Positions 52,221 through 64,000 of a stretch of DNA of 64,000 nt are shown here, piece by piece. The stretch is taken from contig OZ024744.1 in NCBI GenBank assembly GCA_964016885.1, forward strand, positions 85,312,001-85,376,000, in the 5' to 3' direction. The notes below the pieces were generated by a model. That model was not told where the DNA came from. It saw only the letters and a list, made by a program, of their open reading frames with translations, and did not search any database. Source of the stretch: Eledone cirrhosa. Its lineage: Eukaryota. Both the position numbers and the translations under genes were made by a program. Position 1 is the first letter of the stretch. Every line of letters begins with the position of its first letter.

Positions 52221-54079
52221 TCGAAGCTGAACAGTGGAATGTCTCCAGGTATGGATGACATACATGCAGAGCTCTTACAATATGGTGGTGAGAGACTTCT
52301 GCGACATCTTCACTCTTTGGCAGGATATGAGTTAGTGAATCCGTACCTGAGGACTGGAGAGATGCAGTAATGGTGGTCTTGTACAAGGGAAAGGGTAACA
52401 GGAATGATTGTGGTAACTACAGAAGTATATCATTGCTTTCTATCGTAGGAAACATTTTATGTAGGGTACTTCTGGACCGTCTGCTGACACACATTGCAGA
52501 TTGTGTTCTTCCTGAAAGTCAATCTGGTTTTTGTGCTGGACGCAGCACTACTGATATGATCTTCTCAGCGAGACAGCTCCAGGAGAAGTGCATGGAACAA
52601 GGTTTGAATCTGTATCAGGTTTTTGTCAATCTGACAAAATTGTTCGATACTGTGAACAGAAATGCGTTGTAGAAGGTTCTCCAGAAACTTGGTTGTCTTG
52701 ATAAGTTTCTTGCTTTTGTTAGGTCTTTCCATGACGACATGAAGGCTTGGGTTAATGTCAGAAGTAACATGTCGGAGCCTATCTCAGTAAAAAATGGAGT
52801 GAAACAGGGGGATATTCCAGCACCGATCTTGTTTTCCATATACATTGCAATGGTTTTCTATATTGCATTCAGGAATTGCAAGCATGGTGTTTACATCCAA
52901 TATCGAACCTCAAGCAGCATATTTAATATCAGGCGCTTTGCTGCAAAAACAACAGTATGCACATAAATCAAAATAGATCTCTTGTATGCAGATGACAACG
53001 ATCTTGTAGCGCACACAGAGATTGATATGCAGCACATTTTGAATGTATTTTCTGATGCTTGCACTGCCCTAGGATTGACAGTCAGTCTTAAGAAAACCGT
53101 CGTCATGTACCAACTTGTCCTTGGTAAGCAGTACAGTGAGCCAAATATATATGTGTATGGTAAACGACTTGGAGTGGTTGATAAGTTTCTCTACCTGGGA
53201 AGCACTGTCAATCGATACAGCAACCTTGATAATGAAACTCCACTCAGGATTAGGAAAGCAGTTGATGCTTCGGAAAGCTAGAAATGCGCCTCCGGTGTCG
53301 TCAAGACTTATGCAAGAAGACAAAGGTAACGGTGTACAAGGAATGTGTGTTCTCTTCTCTTCTTTATGCCCGCGAAACCTGGGTCATATATCGACACCAC
53401 CTTAAACATTTGGAAAGTATAGAAGCTCTTGTGCTTAAGCAAAGACTCCGTTGGAGTGGTCACCCTGCCAGGATGAAGACTTCTAGAATACCGAAACAAC
53501 TCTTTTATAGAGGGTTAGTTAAAGGAAAACGACATCCATATAAACCAAAAAAAGAGGTGTAAGGATTCGTTGAAAGCCTCTTTGAAAGACGCTAACATCT
53601 CTGCCGATACATGGGAAAGCGTAGCTACTGGTCATAATAAATGGAGAAAGACTGTATATGAGGGAAAAGTTGCCTTTAAGGCATCGCGAATCGCATACGA
53701 GAAAGTAAAAAGGGATGTGAGGAAAGGCATTGCTGTTGCATTTCCAGACAGCGAAGGTTCTCCTATAGAGCTGACATGCAGCGTCTGTGGGAGAGTCTGC
53801 CTCAGCAAAGCTGGACTCGAAAGTCATCTTCGCAGTCATATAGTGAAACCAGTGGTTGACTACCAGGCTGCTGTCAGAGATGCTACTCATCATACCTGTC
53901 AAACATGTGGGAGAGAGTGTAAATCAGCAGGAGGGCTCAATCGACATGCAAAAGTACATGAACTCCAACCACAGCCGGTTATTCCCAGTGAATGTTTTTA
54001 TCATGGTTGCCAGCTCTGTGCAAGACATTTTAGATCATTGGCTGGGCTAAAAAGCCACATTCGATCGCAGCAACGTTAA
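52221..54079 (+). mobile_element. Decayed RTE/BovB-like LINE with C-terminal C2H2 zinc fingers
   Basis: NYRSISLLS, QSGF..GRST.DMIF, GVKQG, YADD and RLRWSGH motifs. ORF 53570-54079 has three CxxC...H units. Confidence 0.88.
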
Positions 54080-54243
54080 TTGTTAATATATATGTGTGTA
54101 TATGTGTGTATGTGTGGGTGGGTATGTATGTGCGTGCGTATGTATATGTATGTTTATATATGTGTGTATATATATGTATACATGTATGTGTATATATGTA
54201 TATATGTGTATATGTGTGTGTGTGTGTGCATGTGCGTATATAT

Positions 54244-54854
<611 letters not shown>

Positions 54855-54887
54855 TTTTTTTTTTTCATTATTATTTTTTTTTCGTGT

Positions 54888-55070
54888 GGATTGGCAGTAT
54901 CGGTAGAGGGTCGGACGACATGCTTTCCAGCATAGTTACGTCCCTTTACGATCTGAGTTCAAATCCCGCCGAGGTTGACTTTGCCTTTCATCCTTACGAG
55001 GTCGATAAAATAAAGTACCAGTAATGCACTGTGAATTGCTAGCCTTGTGCCTAAAGTAGAAACAATTATT
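54888..55070 (+). mobile_element. tRNA-derived SINE
   Basis: Full head, core and tail of the family at 3324. Confidence 0.88.
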
Positions 55071-55133
55071 AAGAATAACAAGTGCAATGTCCATACTCGA
55101 TAACGAGGGGACAGCCATCATCATACATGTATG

Positions 55134-55167
<34 letters not shown>

Positions 55168-55171
55168 TGTA

Positions 55172-55630
55172 TGTCAAAGGGCAAAGGAGCTCGTAAGAGT
55201 CAATGGCCATCCAAAATCACCGGGAGAGACGACCCCTTAGCCTTTGTCAAGGCAGAATTCTAGGGGAAGGAAAACTCTGATATAACACCTGCAACCCTGA
55301 TAGTATCCAATGATGTTGACTTGTTCTTCTTTTTGGTAAATATCATCTTGGTTAAGAGAGTGGGACTGGCTTTGTGCAGTGCCTTTGCTCACTATAAAAG
55401 CTTCACGGCACAGGCATTGCTTTATGTCTGGAGATCTCTCTGCACTTGTCGTCACGTGGTACCATTGGCCCAGCACTATGTGTCAATAATTGTCACAAGT
55501 GTAGTGTTTGTACCAAAGTTTTCAAGTCGCTGGCTTGACTAAAAAGTCACACTCGTTCAGCACATCGGTAGGGGTTCTCCTACATGGATATAAAGTAGTG
55601 GCCGTACTCGAAAACGAGTTGGCAGTCACC
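55172..55630 (+). mobile_element. 5'-truncated copy of the 608-bp RTE-derived element inside (TATG)n
   Basis: Colinear with the other three copies. Confidence 0.8.
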
Positions 55631-55690
55631 ATGTATGTATGTATGTATGTATGTATGTATATATGTATGTATGTATGTATTTTTGCATGT

Positions 55691-55726
<36 letters not shown>

Positions 55727-55981
55727 TTCCTTGTCTTATTATGTATCCATATTCTGAGTATTTCAGCGGTTTACGTATTTCACCCAAAGTTAACCAATAA
55801 CTGTCGTATATGCTATGAGCAAAGTATCGAAATCTCAGTAACATAAACAATTTTCAATCTAAATAAACAATCTCTCTTTCTCCCCTTTTCTCTCTAAATC
55901 TCCCACTCTCGCCCCTCTCCTTTCTTCTCTCCCTCGCTCTCTCTTTCTATTACACACACTCACACACACACACACAGGCTC

Positions 55982-56071
<90 letters not shown>

Positions 56072-56129
56072 ATTTTTCAAGACATAGCAAATTTACGAGT
56101 AGGATGTCTGAAAACCAAGACTGACGTGT

Positions 56130-58038
56130 ACTACTTGAATCCAAGCAGATGTACATGCTCCTCTAGCAGCACTTTGCACAATTATCCGGGCAGGGCGGTG
56201 CGTCGAGCGAGGTGATGGACTTCAGTTCCTACCTCGACGGCTTACTCCGAATCTCGAACACGGCTGCAGGGAGCTGCAAAAGGCCGATCACAGCGGGCGA
56301 AATAGAAGACGTCCTATGCCACTGTGGGAAACGCAAGTCACCAGGTTCAGATTGTCTACCCTATGAGTTTTACATAGGCATGCCAGGCTTGTTCTCTGGC
56401 GTCCTACTGTAAGTGGCAGCAGAACGAGAGGATTCCCAGTTCTGTAGACAGAGGCGTAGTAACGCTGATCAGGAAAGATGACAACAAAAGAGATAACATA
56501 AGCAATTCAGGCCCATAACTCTGCTCAACGCAGAGTTGAAGATATTGGCCAAGGTGTTAGCAACGAGGCTGGTTCTCGTCGTCGAGAATCTGGTGGAGAA
56601 GCGCAAGTGTGTGCAATCCAGACCAGCTCCATACATGACAACCTCCACCTCATGCGATACATCATAGAGAGGGTAGTGTGTAAACCTGGCTTCGGTGGAG
56701 CTCTGATCAATTTAGATCAATCTAAGGCATTCGATAGGGTCGACCATCAATACTTGGAAGCCGTGCCCAAATTGGCCGGTTTCGTACCTGTCTTCAGAGG
56801 CTGGATCGCTGCCATGCACAGCAACATCTGCTCAGCAGTCAAGGTGAATGGCTACCTATCGGAACCATTCCAAATCATGAGTTCTATCCGCCATGGATGC
56901 CCTCTCTCCTCCATTCTATAATACTGACTCTCGAGCCCCTACTGCGGAAGTTGGAGCTGTTGCAGGGCACCCCGACGGAACCAGGACTGCGAAAAGCAGC
57001 GTCGGTTTATGCCGACGACGTGACCGTAATGGTGTCGAAAACCTCTGAAATTGGGTTAATCGGCAACTTATTACAGGAATACGAAATACGGGAGCAAAAC
57101 TAAACCCGAACTGGTCTGTCGGTTTGCAACTTGGCTCATCGAGAGGCAAAACCATGCGTTCTGACAGTGTTGTTGGACGCTAGACGGAAAGACGGGTGAA
57201 ATTTCTCAGGGTTTGGTTTGGTCCAGACCTCTAGGTGGATACAAACAGGAACGAGGTCACGGCGAAGGTAGTTGCAATCACCCAGAAGCGGGCTGAGTGC
57301 AAACTCTCCTTTAAAGGTCGAGCGGAGGTAGCGAACACTTACATAGCCTCCATCATCTACTACCGCTTGACAGTCGTGCCTTGTCCCCATAATCGCCTCG
57401 CTAAAATGGAACGTCTACACTTCAGGTTCTTCTGGAGGAGACAGGCTCCATCGGTGAGGAGATCTATCTGCTGCCAACACCCTTCTAGCGGAGGGCTCTG
57501 CATGCCGTGGCTAATGATGCGCAAACACCCGCTGAGGCTACGCCATCTTCAAATATTCCTGACCAGTGAACCGGTGAGGCTGTCGTTTGTGAGACGAGCT
57601 CTTCCACAACTTGTCTCGTTAACAGAGGTGCAGCCCTGGGTCAAGTAAAGACCAAAAATGGGCGCCTGGCAACTCAATTGCGCTCAGGCGCTCACGGCCC
57701 TCTTCCAGGCGGAAACGGCAATCAGCGGAAATTCCACGTCAACATTCTATAGGGGATTAGTGGAGGGTAAATGCGACGACGTTCTCATGGAGACTTTCGG
57801 CATTGAAGAGGATGAACTGGCCAGTTGTTCGGGAGGACGTTTCGTCCAGGGCTTATAGACAATTTGCAAGGGCTCTGGCCTGGCAATGCTACCGAGGAGC
57901 TCCACCAGTTCGAGACAAGATCTACAGGCACGGACACTCTGGCAGGGATCCTGCCAAAAGGGACCTGTCCAAGATGCGAGCAGAGCATTGAAACCGTTCT
58001 GCACGGAATTGTTCAGTGCCCAGGGTGATCGACCTGTG

Positions 58039-58040
<2 letters not shown>
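56130..58040 (+). mobile_element. Decayed Tx1/L1-like LINE ORF2 (RT)
   Basis: KSPG.D.LPYEFY, RPITLLN, LDQSKAFDRV, GCPLS and YADD motifs, with frameshifts. Confidence 0.88.
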
Positions 58041-58111
<71 letters not shown>

Positions 58112-58184
58112 CGAATGCTTTATATCAGTTATAAAAATATTTGCTTGTTGTATCCCAACAATTTAAATAGAACTTTTGCATATA

Positions 58185-58227
<43 letters not shown>

Positions 58228-58234
58228 ATATATA

Positions 58235-59331
58235 TAAATATAAGTATGTATACGTACATACATATATGTATACAGACGTACAGTAGTATGTATATATATA
58301 TACATACATGCACACATATATATATGTACGTATGGATTCACCGAACATTTATTATAATGCTCGGTGTGTTTGTAAACAAACATCCCGAATTAAGCCGTAC
58401 AGTGTCTAGCAACCATCGTTGCTCATTTGTTCAACACTGACAAAGGAACGCTGTACTAGTTTCAAGCTTATTAGCTATCGTCAGCAACGTATACCTTCCT
58501 GCCAGATGATTGAACGTCTGAAAGTATATACTTTCCTTATGCATATTAACGGCTGAGCAGCCTAATTGGCATATCGAGTGAGTTAATCGGCCGGGGTACC
58601 GAAAACGATAAACGGAAAAAAGAAACGAAATTTCATTTCTCACTCTTAGAACGGCTGTTACTTAAATATAAGTATGTATACGTACATACATATATGTATA
58701 CAGACGTACAGTAGTATGTATATATATATATATACATGCACACATATATATATATATGTACGTATGGATTCACCGAACATTTATTATAATACTCGGTGTG
58801 TTTGTAAACAAACATCCCGAATTAAGCCGTACAGTGTCTAGCAACCATCGTTGCTCATTTGTTCAACACTGACAAAGGAACGAATAAATGTTCGGTGAAT
58901 CCATACGTACATATATATATGTGCATGTATGTATATATATATACATACTACTGTACGTCTGTATACATATATGTATGTACGTATACATACTTGTATTTAA
59001 GTAACAGCCATACTAAGAGTGAGAAATGAAATTTCGTTTCATTTTTGCCGTTTATCATATTCGGTACCCCGGCCGATTAACTCACTCGATATGCAAATTA
59101 GGCTGCTCAGCCGTTAATAAGCATGAGGAAAGTATATACTTTCAGATGTTCAATCATCTAGCAGGAAGGTATACGTTGCTGACGATAGCTAATAAGCTTG
59201 AAACTAGTACAGCGTTCCTTTGTCGGTGTTGAACAAATGAGCAACGATGGTTGCTAGACACTACAGCTTAATTCGGGATGTTTGTTTACAAACACACCGA
59301 GCATTATAATAAATGTTTGGTGAATCCATAC

Positions 59332-59397
<66 letters not shown>

Positions 59398-59530
59398 ATG
59401 TATGTATATATATATATACATACTACTGTACGTCTGTATACATATATGTATGTACCTATACATACTTATATTTAAGTAACAGCCGTACTAAGAGTGGGAA
59501 ATGAAATTTCGTTTCATTTTTCCCGTTTAT
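58235..59530. mobile_element. HHR family A head-to-head array (about 1.5 units minus plus about 1.5 units plus)
   Basis: Intact HHRs at 58448-58490 (-) and 59173-59215 (+); the strand switches at 58882/58883. Confidence 0.85.
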
Positions 59531-60029
59531 ATATATATATATATATATATGCTTGCAATCGAAAGGTTGTGAGTTCAATTCTCGGACCGGGTGATGTGTT
59601 GTTTCCTTGAGCAAGACACTTTAATTCACGTTGCTCCAGTTTACTCAGCTGTAGAAATGAGTAGCGGCCTGCTCGCCCAGCCAGTGGGATGGCGTTATCT
59701 TATGGCTAAAACAGCACGACGTGCTGTGACCAGCGGCGCCGATTGGCGCCCGACAGACTGGTCGGTCAAAGTGATAGACAGTAAACAAAACACAAAAAAA
59801 CAACGTGGAAGCAAAGAGGCAGTACAAATGTTAATACTAGTTTCACGCTTGAGAGTGATAAATCTAGTCGTTGTCGATTGAATCTTCTCTTTAGATTTTA
59901 TGTACCCATCATGCATTTTAATCTGAATATTTTTTCTTCTAGATTAGAAACTAAAATGAATTTTGGTAACAAAACATTTAATTCAATATCTTGATTTCAT
60001 GTTTTGAGTTTATTAATTTTGCTCCCTAA

Positions 60030-61141
60030 CGGCAGTGGATTGGCAGTATCAGTAGAGGGTAGGATGCCATGCTTTGCAGCATAGAGTTACGGCCCTTTAT
60101 GATATGAGTTCAAATCCCGCCGAGGTGAACTTTGCCTTTCATCCTTACGGGGGTCGATAAAATAAAGTACCTGTAACACACTGGGGTGGATTTAATCGAT
60201 TTTCATCCCCCCCCCCAAAAAAAAAATTACTGGCCTATACATGAAACCATTAATTTCCCCTCCCTGTTGGTGAGTTCATTTTAGTAATTTCCCCGTTCTT
60301 TCCAGTAACTATTATCTTTGATTGGCAGTAACGGTAGAGAGTCGGACGCCATGCTTTCCAGCATAGTTACGTCCCTTTACGATCTGAGTTCAAATCCCGC
60401 CGAGGTTAACTTTGCCTTTCATCCTTACGGGGTCGATAAAATAAAGTACCAGTTATGTACTGGGTAATTGCTGGCCTTGTGCCAAAAGTAGAAACAATTA
60501 TCTTTATTATTATTGTTTTATTTGGAAGGGCGGTTGATTGACAGTATCGGTAGAGCGTCGGGCACCATGATTTGCGGCATAGAATGACGTCCCTTTATTT
60601 TCTACGCCGAGGTAATCTTTTCCTTTCAACCTTACAGGGTCGATAAAATAAAGTACCAGTAATGCACTGGAGTTGATTTAATCGACTTTCCGCTACCTAA
60701 AATTTGCTGTCCTTGTGCCTAAATCAGAAACCATTATGATTAAAATTTTATTTGGCAATATCGATAGAGCGTTGGGCACATGCTTTATAGCATAAAGTTA
60801 CGCCCCTTTACCATCTCAATTCAAATGTTGCCGAGGTTAGCTTTGCCTTCCATCCTTACGGGGTCGATAAAATAAAGCACCAGTAACGCACTGGGGATCA
60901 ATTTAATCGTCCTTCCCCTCCCACAAAATTATTGGCCTTGTGCCTATACTAGAAATCATTGAATTGGCAATATCGGTAGAGGGTCAGGCATGCTTTCTAT
61001 CATAGTTACGTCCCTTTGCGGTCTGAGTTCAAATCCCGCCGAGGTTAAATTTGCCTTTCATCCGTACGGGGTCGATAAAATAAAGTACCAGTAATGTACT
61101 GGTTAATTGCTGGCCTTATGCCTAAAGTAGAAACAATTATT
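60030..61141 (+). mobile_element. Cluster of five same-orientation tRNA-derived SINEs
   Basis: The core gtcgataaaataaag(t/c)acc occurs five times. Confidence 0.88.
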
Positions 61142-61529
61142 TTATTAACTGTAGTTTGTATGTTGTGCGCTTTTAAATATCGTTCCAATTTATGATGTGC
61201 AGAATCGGCAGAGCAGATTCTTCCTATTTTCTTAACCACGTACTACTATCATCCGTGGGTTGCATACGCTGAAAGCTATTTTCTTACCACTGAACGCGTC
61301 ACCAGGTTGATAGAAGCTTCTCTATTCAAACAAGCAAGCAATGATCATTCAAATTCATTTCGTTATCACATTATTTTCCCATGGTCTCTTGTGACATCGC
61401 CTATAGCTTTTAACACGAGTGCGGTTGGCTTTTCGCTGTTATTGTAAAAAATAACCAGTTATTAGTTATTTACTCACAGTTTGAGAAGTTGGAAAATGAT
61501 TTACTAATTGTGGTTTAAAATATATATAC

Positions 61530-61560
<31 letters not shown>

Positions 61561-62015
61561 TATATTTTAAAGTTATACATATTCTACACTCTTCCCTATC
61601 GGATCAGTTTCATTCGGAGATGTATGTCAGTTAGCTTTGCTAACTTAGTATGTCAGCTGGGTGATGATGATGGTTATAATGATGGCGGTTTGTTTAGATT
61701 TTCATTGCTCTTTTCTATGGTAACGTTTGACAGCTTTGGGGTGTCTTTAGAAAAATCCATTAGCATCACTGTAATTGGAACAATCATTGCTATGTGACAT
61801 CCATTTTTCGAGCAACGAAAGATGGGTATTGTCAAGGCTGTTTACATATGAAGCTTAGAAAAAAAAAAATTCGGTCTTGTAATTGTTTCCCCTTTTCCCA
61901 AAACCGATAGAAGGATTTTCACCGTTTCTGATAACATCAAAGTAGATGTTGATTTAAGTGGACAGAATAAGTAATAAAGGAAGAACACTTACACTGTATG
62001 CATACTTCTATGCAC

Positions 62016-62162
<147 letters not shown>

Positions 62163-62178
62163 GTTTGTGTTTATAACA

Positions 62179-62224
<46 letters not shown>

Positions 62225-62278
62225 TCGAAAGTATTGTTTCGTTTTGTCAATGAAGACGAGTTTCAAATACATGTATGC

Positions 62279-62309
<31 letters not shown>

Positions 62310-62439
62310 TGTATGTATGTATGTATGTATGTATGTATGTATGTGTGTATGTATGTATGGATGGATAGATGGATGGATGGATATATGGATGTATATATGT
62401 ACATATGTATGCATATATATATATGTGCGTGTGCATGCA

Positions 62440-62546
<107 letters not shown>

Positions 62547-62612
62547 ATGTATATATATATATTTGTATATATATATATTTGTGTATATATATATATATAT
62601 ATATATATAAAC

Positions 62613-62697
<85 letters not shown>

Positions 62698-63217
62698 CCG
62701 GTTACTTTTGTTCCGCCCTTAAAGTATATTTTACCCGATTTTCTAAATCTATCTACTTATAGCGATCAACTGTTTTTACAGTTATTTTCTGCAATTTCAA
62801 TTTCATATTTCAAATTACAAATTACCCAAGTTCTCCGATAAATCATATGATGGGCAGTAGAAGTAGAGTTACATAGTTGAAGCAACACAGCATACTGAAG
62901 CTAACCTTATAATGATGATTGGTGCATTTAGAAACTTTACAGTTACAAACGAAGTATATGGAACATTTAAAAAGTAAAATATTGACAAAAGGTTATCATA
63001 TATATCAAAGTTTTGTATTCAATACAACATGTCTAAAGGAGAATTGTCCCCAAAATATAGAAATATCTATCGATTTATCTATTTCTCTCTCTCGCTCTCT
63101 CTCTCCCCCTATCTATCTATCTATCTATCTATGTATCTGTCTAGTTATACACACACAGACACACACAATGACGCATACACGCACACATATATATGTGTGT
63201 ATATATTATAGAATTAT

Positions 63218-63378
63218 TGGTTACTGATTAAGGCACAAGGCTAACATTTTTTGGGAAGGGAAAAGTCGATTAATTCGACCCTAGTATATTACTAGTACTT
63301 TATTTTATCGACTCCGTAAGGATGAAAGGCAAAGTTAATCACGACAGGATTTGAACTCAGATCTTAAAGGACCGTAAA
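63218..63378 (-). mobile_element. tRNA-derived SINE, minus strand
   Basis: Reverse complement of the core and B-box. Confidence 0.8.
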
Positions 63379-63534
63379 TCTATATTTAATTTATGTTCGG
63401 CTGTGGACCGTCTGCTAGCGATATAACAATAAATTAGCAGGCTGCACTCGAAACGAATCTTTTATTTTCTATCTCCTATCTTCTATTCTATTTTGGTGGT
63501 TCAATATAATCCTGTTACATAATTCTGCAAATAA

Positions 63535-63605
63535 CACCTGATGAAGTCACCTTGTCTTACATAATAATCGGATGATAGAGCTGGACTATCGAAATATGTA
63601 TAGTG
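63535..63605 (+). ncRNA. Minimal HHR-like motif
   Basis: cac-CTGATGA-agtc...gact(atc)-GAAA-tatgt-ATA-gtg, with short stems. Confidence 0.5.
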
Positions 63606-63665
63606 ATTTCGCAGAATTAAAATTCTAAAGTAAATTTTCGAACCCGGCTTTCTGCTCCTGTTTTA

Positions 63666-63735
<70 letters not shown>

Positions 63736-64000
63736 GTCTGTGCGTGTGTGTGTATGTGTGTATGCAAAAATATATATATATATATGTATAAGAAGAGCGA
63801 GAGAGAGAATGAAAGAGATGTCTTAGCGAATTGGCTGAAAATAGTTATTGTGATTACATATACATGCACACACATACACACACCTTCACACACACAAGCG
63901 CGCGCGCGCGCGTCCATATGTAGCTTGTATATGCATTCATTAACTTTTCTTTTTGTCTCAATATATAATATGTTCTGGCTTTCACTTCAAAAATAACGCT

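Overview
This is eukaryotic, AT-rich, microsatellite-saturated intergenic or intronic DNA. It is probably from a cephalopod (octopus-like), judging from the SINE types, the RLE-type LINE tails and the (TA)n density; this is an inference. No host protein-coding gene can be supported, and almost all listed ORFs are microsatellite read-throughs. The recognisable coding remnants are decayed retrotransposons: RTE (APE+RT), CR1/L2-like, Tx1/L1-like, RLE-type (R4/Dong-like) and three Penelope GIY-YIG fragments. There are also many tRNA-derived SINEs, one Tc1/mariner-type MITE and a 49-50 bp minisatellite. The most striking signal is about 25 intact, variant or degenerate type I hammerhead ribozyme (HHR) motifs from more than ten unrelated short-element families, all folded by eye. 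They sit in (TA)n tracts as tandem retrozyme-like units (about 430 nt and 581 nt) and as hairpin (inverted) insertions, and several are U3-A8 core variants. A 608-bp RTE-derived non-coding element carries a candidate HDV-like ribozyme, and one LINE fragment encodes a 2A-like (DIExNPGP) motif.
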